IMG/VR virus record: IMGVR_UViG_648276647_000014 | Strand: one strand, 5' to 3' | DNA: 10,410 bases | From: a virus | Lineage: Duplodnaviria; Heunggongvirae; Uroviricota; Caudoviricetes | Shown here: one piece after another, positions 1-7,121 of the stretch | Layout: each line of letters opens with the position of its first letter | Position numbering within the stretch: the first letter of the stretch is position 1 | The notes under the pieces: model-generated | The model's input: the letters and a program-made list of their open reading frames with translations, nothing else | What the model was told of the DNA's origin: nothing | The model's database searches: none | Position numbers and translations under genes: made by a program

Positions 1-312
1 ATGCAGCAGCGTCAGCGTGATGTTGCAGCACTTGATGCCGGATACTCAAGGGAGTTAGCTGATGCGAAAGCTGAAAATAATGCTCTGCGTGCTGATGATG
101 TGGCCGCTGGTCGTCGCCGGTTGCGCGTCAGGGCAGTCTGCCCCACTGTGTCCGCAGATAAAACCGCCATCGCCTCCGGCGTGACTGATGCAGCCAGCCC
201 CGGACTTACTGACGCCGCTCAGCGGGATTATTTCACCCTCAGGGAACGAATTGCAACCAGCGAAAAAATGATTCAGGGATTGCAGGAGTACATCAGGAAA
301 GAATGTCAGTAA
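1..312 (+). CDS. Rz: Rz-like i-spanin (phage lysis cassette), C-terminal ~103 aa; 5' end lies outside the window
   Basis: ORF open from the window edge to TAA at 310-312. Translation (..RQRDVAALDA..ELADAKAEN.ALR.DDVAAGRRRL..RDYFTLRER..) matches lambda Rz as I recall it. An embedded lipoprotein ORF in another frame (62-184) is the expected Rz/Rz1 arrangement. Confidence 0.85.
   Translation: MQQRQRDVAALDAGYSRELADAKAENNALRADDVAAGRRRLRVRAVCPTVSADKTAIASGVTDAASPGLTDAAQRDYFTLRERIATSEKMIQGLQEYIRKECQ
62..184 (+). CDS. Rz1: Rz1-like o-spanin lipoprotein embedded within Rz in a different frame
   Basis: ATG at 62, 40 codons, TGA at 182-184. Translation MRKLKIMLCVLMMWPLVVAGCASGQSAPLCPQIKPPSPPA has a signal-peptide-like N-terminus, a lipobox (VAGC) and a Pro-rich tail, resembling lambda Rz1. 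It is shorter than lambda Rz1 (about 60 aa), so it may be truncated. Confidence 0.6.
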   Translation: MRKLKIMLCVLMMWPLVVAGCASGQSAPLCPQIKPPSPPA

Positions 313-318
313 AAAAAA

Positions 319-340
319 GCAGGGCCGGCTCAGACCCTGC
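319..340 (-). terminator. Hairpin (GCAGGG / CCCTGC, 10-nt loop) preceded on the plus strand by A8; reads as an intrinsic terminator on the minus strand
   Basis: Stem arms 319-324 and 335-340; A-run 311-318 gives a U-run only on the minus-strand transcript. Sits directly after the Rz stop, so it may act bidirectionally. Confidence 0.35.
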
Positions 341-545
341 AGGGTATGCGATGAATATTAAGATAAGTTATAAAAATAACCCCGGAAGGGGTCCCTATGC
401 CGTCATAACAATAGTAAAAATGGTTCCGGATGTATATGGGGAAAAAGATTCAGAATGAAAAAAAGTAATTCTGGTTATTGTTTTTTGTGTTTATGCGAAA
501 TGTTAATTATCAAAACGCGAAAATCCCGGATGGCAAATAAAAAAA

Positions 546-562
546 GGAGCCAAAACGGCTCC
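546..562 (-). terminator. Hairpin (GGAGCC / GGCTCC, 5-nt loop) preceded on the plus strand by an A-run; minus-strand terminator-like
   Basis: Perfect 6-bp stem with A7 immediately 5' on the plus strand (T-run on minus). No convincing minus-strand gene lies upstream of it in this window. Confidence 0.3.
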
Positions 563-752
563 TGAAATAAGGTCATCCAAGTTTACACGCGTATTCAATT
601 ACGGCTTTGCAGTGCTCGTCTGCATGACCAGATTACAAAAAACAATAAATTGCGTACACCATAAAAATGTAACCAGATACTAAACACGGGCGCATACCAT
701 GAATATATCAGCACTCAGTACATTCAGTCGTTTTTTGTTATCCGGAGTGTGT

Positions 753-962
753 ATGAAGAAATTACTGGTAACTGTAAAACCTTTTAACGGAACAATCCCG
801 TTCCGGATTTTACAGTGTGGTCGTGTTCTGGCTGAAGGCACATTCAGTGGTAAATGCACGGAATGTTATTCGCGAACATATGAAGTGAATGCTACGAACG
901 AAGAAATAATCGTGGAATGTGATACCGGGATTGTATCGGCTGAACTGACGCCAGCTGACTGA
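753..962 (+). CDS. Small prophage protein of unknown function (69 aa), in the position occupied by the small ORF between the lysis genes and cos in lambda-like phages (lambda orf-79 / DLP12 YbcW position)
   Basis: Six-frame ORF 699-962. The ATG at 753 (MKKLLVTVKPFNG...) has a GGAG Shine-Dalgarno 5 nt upstream, whereas the ATG at 699 has none. Four Cys residues (CGRV..CTEC..C..C). Assignment rests on synteny, not on recalled sequence. Confidence 0.5.
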   Translation: MKKLLVTVKPFNGTIPFRILQCGRVLAEGTFSGKCTECYSRTYEVNATNEEIIVECDTGIVSAELTPAD

Positions 963-1284
963 GTGGTTGCTCCTGACCGTAACCGGCAGCTTTTCATTCT
1001 TATACTGAGCGCCGTATCGTCGCCGTATTCCTGCATTAACCATGACCGCTGCTGATAACCCGGCGCGAGTGTGCGGGAATAATCAGAAACGATGCACACC
1101 GGGTTTTTACTGCGTTTATGGTTCGCGGGTTTGTCCCTCATGCCCGCCAGTCCTGTGCGGGGGTGGAAGAAACAGGGCACTCACACAGATTTTTGTGGGC
1201 ACGATGCTATGTCTTTCTGGATTATCCCGGTGCCGTTCATGCAAGGCGCTGTGTCAGACGCTCGCCAGGGCTGTCAGGCTGACG

Positions 1285-1470
1285 GGGCCTTCCGGCGGGG
1301 CAGCAGCAGCGCAGATTTTCGCTATTTATGGAAATTTTTAGGGAAAAAGCAGATTCGTTCTTACTCTGGGTAACTTGTTGTTTAATATAATTTTATTGTA
1401 AAAAAGAGAGGGTCTGGTAGCAGTGATTTTTCGCTAAAAAAAGCGTTTTGAGATCCTTTCTTCTTTTTGT
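1285..1470. promoter_or_regulatory. cos-like packaging site region (cosN remnant followed by cosB-like sequence) upstream of the Nu1-like gene
   Basis: Sequence GACGGGGC...CAGATTTTCGCTATTTATGGAAATTTTT... resembles the lambda cos/left-end sequence (GGGCGGCGACCTCGCGGGTTTTCGCTATTTATGAAAATTTTCC) as recalled, and sits immediately upstream of the terminase small subunit as in lambda. The cosN core appears interrupted by extra sequence (CTTCCGGCGGGGCAGCAGCAGCGCA). Confidence 0.5.
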
Positions 1471-1484
1471 GGTGGATGTGTGTC

Positions 1485-2014
1485 GTGAAGGTTAACAAAA
1501 AGAAACTAGCTGAGATTTTTGAGCGCGATGTCAGAACAATTATTGGCTGGCAAAGTCAGGGGCTGAGGGTTTTGCCGGGAGGAGGCAAAGGTGTTGATGT
1601 TCAATTCTGCAGAAGCCATTGTGTGGCATGCGCAGCGGGAAAAAGATATCGAAAACGAAAAGCTCCGTAAAGAGCTGGAAGATTTGCGTGCGGCTGCAGA
1701 ATCTTGGCACCATTGACTATCGCTACTGGCTCACAAAAGCACAGGCTGACGCACAGGAGCTGAAAAATACCCGCGAAGAAGGACTGGTGCTGGAAACGGA
1801 ATTGTTTACCTTCATTCTGCAACGTGTGGCACAGGAGATTTTGGGGATACTTGTGCGTGTGCCTCTGACATTACAGCGTAAATATCCGGATATTTCACCG
1901 TCACACCTTGATGTGGTGAAAACTGAAATCGCAAAAGCCTCCAATGTTGCAGCTAAAGCTAGTGAGAACGTAGGCGGGTGGATTGATGATTTCAGACGTA
2001 CAGAAGGCAGTTAA
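1485..2014 (+). pseudogene. Terminase small subunit (lambda Nu1 / NohA-like) disrupted by two frameshifts
   Basis: Three consecutive frames each match lambda Nu1: about 1485-1600 ([29 protein letters not shown]), 1600-1716 ([28 protein letters not shown]) and about 1700-2014 ([21 protein letters not shown]...). A GTG or upstream ATG start is possible. Confidence 0.8.
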
Positions 2015-2247
2015 TGCAGCCGGTGCGATAGCTACAGGGCTTGTATCTTTCAATATTCCGGTACCATTGACGACAGTTCAGTAGGCTGATCAGCATTATT
2101 ATCTGCCGAAAGAGTCTTCATATACCCCCGGGCAATGGGAAACACTGCCGTTTCAGGTTGCCATCATGAACAGTATGGGAAATGACCGGATCCGTACCGT
2201 TAATCTGATTAAATCGGCGCGTGTTGGTTACACCAAAATGCTGTTGG
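1986..2247 (+). pseudogene. Terminase large subunit (lambda gpA-like), N-terminal fragment with an in-frame TAG and truncated by an IS insertion
   Basis: ATG at 1986 overlaps the Nu1 end as in lambda. Translation ..ADQHYYLPKESSYTPGQWETLPFQVAIMNSMGNDRIRTVNLIKSARVGYTKMLLG matches the gpA N-terminus. TAG at 2082-2084 sits where lambda has Trp. Homology stops at about 2247, where the IS110-family element begins. Confidence 0.75.
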
Positions 2248-3690
2248 GGGGGACCCTATTAAGTTGTCAAGCATGTTTATTACACCTGCGGGGTATAAAA
2301 AGTACCGTCACGCATCATGGCGAACAGAATGTCGCAGCGCCGTCTTGCCAGGGCGATAAGCGCCTGGTTGTGTCGTTTCCCCTGGCTCATTTTGCGTGTG
2401 TAGTAAGCCCTGGATATCGGAGCTCTGAGCGCGGCGAAGGCGGACAGGAACAGCGCCCGTTTGAGGCGTTTATTGCCCCGTCGCGAGGGATGTTCCCCAC
2501 GTATGGATGAGCCGGAGCGTCGGGTTACCGGCGCAAGGCCTGCATAAGCAGCAAGATGTGCGGCAGAGGCGAAGGCCCGACAGGCAACCTCTGTGAGGAG
2601 TCTGGCTGCGGTCCTGACACCGACTCCGGGCATGCTGGTCAGGACCGGGTAAAGAGGGTGAGCAAGAACCCGTTGCTCTACCTCAAGAGCCACTTCGTCT
2701 CTTTGCTTACGCAGCGTGATGAGCTGGAGTGCCAGGCGTGGGAGAACAACGACAGCAGCATTCGGACCGGGGACGATGACGGTTTGCTGTGTCAGTGCCT
2801 GGGTGATATCTGCAGCAAGGCGTTTTCCCTGACGGGGCGCGAGTTTGCAGAGCTGGGTTGCCAGTTTTTTCTCACCCAGTAAAGCGAGTTTTTCGGGTGA
2901 GGGATATCGCTGGAGAAGATCAAGTACTGCTGGATGATCCAGTCGCGGGCCGAGAACGCGCTCCAGAGCCGGATGTATCTGGGTCAACAAGCCGCGGATG
3001 CGGTTGCTGGCCTGTGTTGTCTGTGCGGCAAGATCATCATCGAAGCCGCAAAGCATGGAGAGTTCGGCGATTTGTTCGTCGGCCAGTTTTAGAGAGCGAA
3101 GAGCATGAGGCAGAGTACGTGCAGCTTCGGCAATGATGGCCGCATCACGGGCATCGGTTTTGGCTTCACCGGAGTGCAAGTCGGCGATGCGTCGCATTGC
3201 CAGTCCTGGAAGGTATCCGACAAGGACGCCTTCAGAGCGGGCAACGGCGACGGGTAACGCCCCGATGGTAGCAGGCTGGTCAACGACCAGTAGTATCTGT
3301 CCATGCTGTTTCAGGTCAGATATCAGCGCTTTGAGTTTGTTTTCGTCGTTGGGTAATGCTCTGTCGAACAAACGTTTACCTGAACGATTAACGGCAACGG
3401 CGTGATGGGTGTCTTTACCTACATCAACGCCAATAACGACCTGGATTGATTCGTAATCGCTGGATTCGGTCATTGTGTCTCCCTGTTTATACGGGGTAAC
3501 CAGATAACCTTGGGGAGCAGGTACCGGCATCCACGTTACAGACGGTCCCGATATGATGTCTGACCTGGCCCCTATCAGCGGTTACCAGCGCCCCACCAGA
3601 CCCGGTGACATCACCCCCCGGATCATGGACGACTGGGGGAGGTAATCATGTCGGGGCTGGCTAACACCCCATTATAAGGGGTACGAATAA
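2248..3690 (-). mobile_element. IS110-family insertion sequence (IS110-group organisation: long 5' non-coding leader, transposase, very short 3' end), inserted in the gpA terminase gene
   Basis: Bounded by gpA-homologous sequence on both sides (N-terminal fragment ends about 2247; gpA C-terminal-region homology resumes about 3691). Contains a single DEDD-type transposase gene. Boundaries are approximate to within about 10 bp; no terminal inverted repeats are expected for this family. Confidence 0.75.
2280..3473 (-). CDS. IS110-family (DEDD) transposase, apparently intact, 397 aa
   Basis: N-terminal IGVDVGKDTHHAVAV motif and C-terminal YAGLAPVTRRSGSS motif are typical of IS110-family transposases. 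The six-frame ORF extends to 3530, but the ATG at 3471-3473 is preceded by AGGGAGA 6 nt upstream, so I take that as the start. Confidence 0.85.
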   Translation of the reverse strand: MTESSDYESIQVVIGVDVGKDTHHAVAVNRSGKRLFDRALPNDENKLKALISDLKQHGQILLVVDQPATIGALPVAVARSEGVLVGYLPGLAMRRIADLHSGEAKTDARDAAIIAEAARTLPHALRSLKLADEQIAELSMLCGFDDDLAAQTTQASNRIRGLLTQIHPALERVLGPRLDHPAVLDLLQRYPSPEKLALLGEKKLATQLCKLAPRQGKRLAADITQALTQQTVIVPGPNAAVVVLPRLALQLITLRKQRDEVALEVEQRVLAHPLYPVLTSMPGVGVRTAARLLTEVACRAFASAAHLAAYAGLAPVTRRSGSSIRGEHPSRRGNKRLKRALFLSAFAALRAPISRAYYTRKMSQGKRHNQALIALARRRCDILFAMMRDGTFYTPQV

Positions 3691-4060
3691 AGTAACGGGG
3701 GGTATCTGACGGCGGACATTGACTCGCAGCGAAACCGTTTTGAGATGTATGTCTGGGGATGGGCTCCGGGAGAGGAAGCCTTTCTGGTGGATAAAATCAT
3801 CATTATGGGGCGTCCTGATGAGGAAGAGACGCTGTTACGTGTGGATGCGGCGATCAACAAAAAATACTGCCATGCAGACGGAACCGAAATGACCATTTCC
3901 TGTGTCTGCTGGGACATCGGGGGTATCGATGGTGAAATCGTGTATCAGAGATCAAAAAACACGGTGTTTTTCGGGTATTGCCGATAAAGGGGACGTCTGT
4001 CTATGGCAAGCCGGTGATCACTATGCCGAAAAAGCGCAATCAGCGCGGCGTGTATCTTGG
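3691..4060 (+). pseudogene. Terminase large subunit (gpA-like), C-terminal-region fragment, frameshifted, fused by deletion to J
   Basis: Translation GYLTADIDSQRNRFEMYVWGWAPGEEAFLVDKIIIMGRPDEEETLLRVDAAINK...[17 protein letters not shown] matches lambda gpA (..YLTAGIDSQ..RYEMRVWGWGPGEE..IMGRHD..CWDTGGIDPTIVYERSK). A frameshift near 3960 is followed by [33 protein letters not shown], still gpA-like; homology then switches to J. Confidence 0.7.
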
Positions 4061-4640
4061 TACGGCGCTGTACTGGATAGCCGCCAGTATCAATATCAGG
4101 CCGGGCCATGATTATTATTTTTATATCCGTCGTGTGAACACTGTTGGCAAATCGGCATTCGTGGAGGCTGTTGGTCAGCCGAGTAATGATGCGGCCGACT
4201 ATCTGAATTTTTATAAGGGGTTGATCAATAAAACGCATCTCGGCAAGGAGCTGCTGGAAAACTTTGAGCTGACGGAGGATAACGCCAGCAGACTGGAGCA
4301 ATTTTCGGAAGAGTGGAAAGACGCCAGTGATAAATGGAATGCTATGTGGGGCGTCAAAATTGAGCAGACCAGAGACGGCAAACGGGAATGAAACGCCGAT
4401 GTTTGTGGCGCAGGGCAACCAGATATTCATGAACGACGTGTTCCTGAAACGCCGGACGGGCGGCTTTCTGCAAAAAATGCGGATATCAGTGGCAGTGTGA
4501 ATGCGAACTCGGAGACGCCCAACAACGTCACGATAAATGAGAGCTGTACGATTAAGGGCATGCTGGAGGCGAACCAGGTCAGGGGTGACTTCGTTAAGGC
4601 TGTCTCTAAACCATTCCCGAAAAGGACCGGAACGAGGGGA
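4061..4640 (+). pseudogene. Tail tip / host specificity protein J fragments (central and C-terminal regions) with an internal deletion and frameshifts
   Basis: [34 protein letters not shown]...[39 protein letters not shown], then in other frames [21 protein letters not shown] and [26 protein letters not shown].., all matching lambda J as recalled. The segment is a few hundred bp, whereas intact J is over 1100 codons. Confidence 0.7.
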
Positions 4641-4758
4641 GGCTGGCGTGCAGTTTAACCCGACCGGAACCGTGGCCATTGATATTGCTTATGAAGGTTC
4701 CGGCAGTGGCGACTGGCGCACAGACGGTTTCATCGTGGGTGTCGGTTATAAATTCTGA
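4641..4758 (+). pseudogene. C-terminal remnant of a Lom/Ail-family outer-membrane beta-barrel protein fused to the J remnant
   Basis: Translation ends ..AIDIAYEGSGSGDWRTDGFIVGVGYKF-stop. The terminal GVGY(K/R)F and alternating-hydrophobic pattern are characteristic of Ail/Lom/OmpX-family C-terminal strands, and lom follows J in lambda. The exact junction is uncertain. Confidence 0.45.
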
Positions 4759-4784
4759 TTAGCCAGGTAACACAGTGTTATGAC

Positions 4785-4811
4785 AGCCCGCCGGTTCAGG
4801 CGGGCTTTTTT
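4785..4811 (+). terminator. Rho-independent terminator (8-bp GC-rich stem AGCCCGCC/GGCGGGCT, 6-nt loop, T6)
   Basis: Perfect stem 4785-4792 / 4799-4806 followed by TTTTTT, 27 bp after the lom-like stop codon. Confidence 0.65.
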
Positions 4812-5230
4812 GTGGTGTGCCGGGCATGCTCAGCAGCTCGGGGGTGAAAGTCCCCTGTCCAGCCTGATGGTGGCGAAGGACTAGTGAAGTGCAAGGGTGT
4901 CGTCGTGAGGCGGGATCTGAAGGAAGCGTGGAGCAAAACCATGACCTGACGAACAGAAATCCGATATGAGGCCTACCCGGCTGGCGGAGCAATCCATTGA
5001 TTGCAAAGGCCATAACCATCAAGAGCCGGGGTGGTAGATTGGGCAGGTGTGTGGTGAAAGCGGCTGAGCTTACCCCGGGAGGCCTGTCCGGCGTTCTGTA
5101 TTCAGAACTGAGCGTACCGTAAGGTGCGCTGACCGGCGGACAGGAGTCAGCAGAGGGCATAGTAGGACAGGCGCGTCTGAAGGCCCGAACGGTAATGAGT
5201 GACGAGTATCAGCGGAGGTTCTGAACGGTC

Positions 5231-6576
5231 ATGCAGCAGAAAACGCATCGCGACCCTGATGCAGGAAGACGGGGTGAAGCCCCTGACGCCGGTTCTCAGG
5301 GGGCTGAAACCGTGCAGGCACCGACGACCAGAGAAAGTCCATCGTCAACAGTGTGGCTGATGGAAGCCATCTGCGAACCAGTCAACCTCAGGCATGCCCT
5401 GAAAAGAGTGAAGGCCAATAAAGGTGCGGCGGGAGCCGACGGCATGAGCGTAAGCGAACTGCCGGAGCACCTGAAACGCCACTGGCCGGAACTGAAAGCG
5501 CAACTGCTGTCCGGCAGCTACCGCCCATCCCCTGTAAGAAGAGTGACTATCCCGAAGCCCGGCGGCGGCGAACGCCTGTTGGGCATCCCGACGGTGGTGG
5601 ACCGCTTTATCCAGCAGGCGATGATGCAGGTGTTGCAGGCACAGTGGGATGCGACGTTCAGCGACAGCAGCTACGGGTTCCGGCCCGGACGCTCGGCGCA
5701 TCAGGCAGTGAAGCAGGCTCAGAGATACATCGAGTCGGGCTACAGCTGGGTGGTTGACCTCGATCTGGAAAAGTTCTTCGATCGGGTGAATCACGATGTA
5801 CTGATGAGCCGGATAGCGAAACGAGTATCGGATAAACGGGTGCTGTCGCTTATCCGCAGGTACCTGAATGCAGGTGTGATGGAAGCGGGTCTGGTAATGC
5901 CGGTGACAGAAGGGACGCCGCAGGGCGGCCCACTGTCGCCACTGTTATCGAATCTGCTGCTGGATGACTTCGATAAGGAACTTGAGAAACGCGGCCTGAA
6001 GTTCGCCCGCTACGCAGACGACTGTAATGTGTATGTGAAGAGTGAACGGGCAGGCAACCGTGTGATGGCGGGGCTGACGCACCGGCTGAACCGGAAACTG
6101 AAGCTGAAGGTCAACGCGAAGAAGAGCGCGGTAGCGCATCCGGAGACGCGTAAGTTCCTGGGTTACAGCTTCAGGAGGGGCAGAAAGGTGTGGTGTCGCC
6201 GGAATCGGTGAAGCGGTTCAAAACCCGGATAAGAGAACTGACGGGGCGTAACACGGGCAGAAGCCTGGAGCAGCTTATCGAACCGTTAAAGCGATATCTG
6301 ACGGGATGGAAAAGCTACTATAGACTGAACCAGTGGCAAACGCTGATGAGAGATCTGAACAGGTGGATAAGGCGAAGGTTGCGAAGTGTCCTGTGGAAAC
6401 AGTGGAAAACGGGCAGCAAGCGCTTCAAAGAGTTGCGCAGACGGGGAGTAAGCAAAGACCTTGCAGCGCAAACGGTAGGGAGTTGCCATAAGCAATGGCG
6501 GATAAGCTGTAGTCCGGCACTGAGCATAGCACTTCCCAATCGCCTGTTCGTCAGACTGGGCCTACCGGAGTTATAG
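5231..6576 (+). pseudogene. Group II intron-encoded reverse transcriptase/maturase, split by a single frameshift between the RT and maturase (X) domains
   Basis: RT motifs are present (..PKPGGGERLLGIPTVVDRF.., SYGFRPGRSAHQAV, TPQGGPLSPLLSNLLL, YADDCNVYV). The frame ends at 6211 (..FLGYSFRRGRKVWCRRNR-stop). The maturase domain continues in another frame from about 6172 (..VVSPESVKRFKTRIRELTGRN..LTGWKSYYRLNQ..) to TAG at 6574-6576. The frameshift lies about 6172-6190 and could be genuine or a sequencing error. Confidence 0.8.
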
Positions 6577-6600
6577 GCAGGCGACGATAAACATAACCGA

Positions 6601-6672
6601 ACCGCCGTATACGGACCCGTATGTACGGTGGTGTGGGAGGAGGCTGATCGTGAGATCAGCCCCTATCCCGAT
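6601..6672 (+). ncRNA. Group II intron domain V-like and domain VI-like hairpins (3' end of intron RNA)
   Basis: Domain V candidate 6601-6632: 9-bp lower helix (ACCGCCGUA / UACGGUGGU), 2-nt bulge on the 3' strand, 4-bp upper helix, tetraloop GACC. Domain VI candidate 6635-6669: GCUGAUC-GUGA-GAUCAGC with an extended stem and a bulged A at 6665. Folded by hand, so the register may be off by a few nt. Confidence 0.5.
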
Positions 6673-6699
6673 CACAGAAAACCCCCCGCCATTCTGGAT

Positions 6700-7020
6700 A
6701 TGCTGGACCATTTTTTATGGCGGGTACACGAACCTTTTGATTTTTATCTCAGTGATGATAGCAGCGAGGTGATTGAGGTTCCCGCCGGTTTTGTTACAGA
6801 CCATGCTACGGTTCCGCGTATTTTCTGGATGATACTGCCACCTGATGGCAGATATGCCAAAGCGGCCATTATTCATGACTGGCTGTACGACAATGCGTTG
6901 CGTACCCGACAGGAAGCCGACCGGATATTCTTGGACGGAATGAAGGTACTGGGAGTGCCGCGCCGGAGGCGGATGGTTATGTACGGTGCGGTAAGACTGT
7001 TTGGGCGGGGCAAATACTGA
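6700..7020 (+). CDS. DUF1353-like phage protein (107 aa)
   Basis: Motifs ..PAGFVTDHATVPRIFW.. and ..AAIIHDWLY..R..ADRIF..GMKVLGV..R...MYGAVRLFG resemble the phage-associated DUF1353 family as I recall it. The six-frame ORF starts at 6628 inside the intron 3' domains, so I take the first ATG after the intron (6700) as the start. Confidence 0.55.
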   Translation: MLDHFLWRVHEPFDFYLSDDSSEVIEVPAGFVTDHATVPRIFWMILPPDGRYAKAAIIHDWLYDNALRTRQEADRIFLDGMKVLGVPRRRRMVMYGAVRLFGRGKY

Positions 7021-7024
7021 AAAA

Positions 7025-7054
7025 AGCCCCCGGCCACTGGCCATGCCGGGGGCT
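7025..7054. terminator. GC-rich hairpin (AGCCCCCGGC / GCCGGGGGCT, 10-nt loop) flanked by A-run upstream; possible bidirectional terminator
   Basis: 10-bp perfect stem directly after the stop of the DUF1353-like gene. The plus strand lacks a clean U-run downstream, while the minus strand has T5 after the stem. Confidence 0.45.
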
Positions 7055-7086
7055 GCTCGCTCTTAAGGATATCACTTAGTTAAGTC

Positions 7087-7121
7087 GAAACGCCCAGACG
7101 GACCGCACCACAGGGCGTTTC
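7087..7121. other. Hairpin with 9-bp stem GAAACGCCC / GGGCGTTTC and 17-nt loop
   Basis: Perfect inverted repeat seen directly. A second hairpin with the same GAAAC...GTTTC framing lies at 7623-7656. Confidence 0.4.

Larger units (their letters stand above)
4812..6672 (+). mobile_element. Group II intron, bacterial class C-like (about 1.86 kb), inserted immediately downstream of an intrinsic terminator
   Basis: About 420 nt of structured 5' sequence, then an RT/maturase ORF, then a domain V-like hairpin and a domain VI-like hairpin with a bulged A 7 nt from the proposed 3' end. No endonuclease domain. Position directly after a terminator stem-loop and T-run fits class C targeting. Ends are approximate: 5' at 4812-4815 (GUGGUGUG), 3' at about 6670-6675. 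Confidence 0.7.

Noticed and set aside
810-1180. Minus-strand ORFs (77 and 104 aa) antisense to the small prophage gene and cos region
   Set aside because: Antisense to a better-supported ORF with a Shine-Dalgarno sequence, and no recognisable protein features. I looked for a Bor-like or envelope-protein-like translation on this strand and found none.
1042-1373. Two overlapping plus-strand ORFs (99 and 93 aa) between the small prophage gene and Nu1
   Set aside because: They overlie the cos-like region, which is non-coding in lambda-like phages; they overlap each other in different frames and their translations are Cys/Arg/Gly-rich with no recognisable features. Likely spurious GC-rich-frame ORFs.
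2166-2510. 114-aa plus-strand ORF
   Set aside because: Only the first about 27 codons are genuine gpA sequence; the rest is read-through into the IS110-family element, antisense to its transposase. Not a real CDS as a unit.
2556-3405. Three plus-strand ORFs (108, 92 and 90 aa) inside the IS110-family element
   Set aside because: All are antisense to the well-supported 397-aa transposase gene and lack recognisable motifs; typical shadow ORFs in GC-rich sequence.
3945-4679. 244-aa minus-strand ORF
   Set aside because: Antisense to the gpA and J fragments, whose sense-strand translations match lambda proteins across three frames; the minus-strand product has no recognisable features.
4759-5160. 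133-aa minus-strand ORF
   Set aside because: Lies within the 5' structured domains of the group II intron and antisense to it; Pro/Ser/Arg-rich low-complexity translation.
5345-6139. Minus-strand ORFs (149 and 64 aa) inside the intron RT gene
   Set aside because: Antisense to an RT ORF with canonical motifs; shadow ORFs.
6286-6539. Minus-strand ORFs (69 and 73 aa) inside the maturase region
   Set aside because: Antisense to the maturase-domain frame (GWKSYY motif); no features.
6628-6699. 5' extension of the DUF1353-like ORF
   Set aside because: These codons overlap the intron domain V/VI hairpins; the first ATG downstream of the intron (6700) is a more plausible start.
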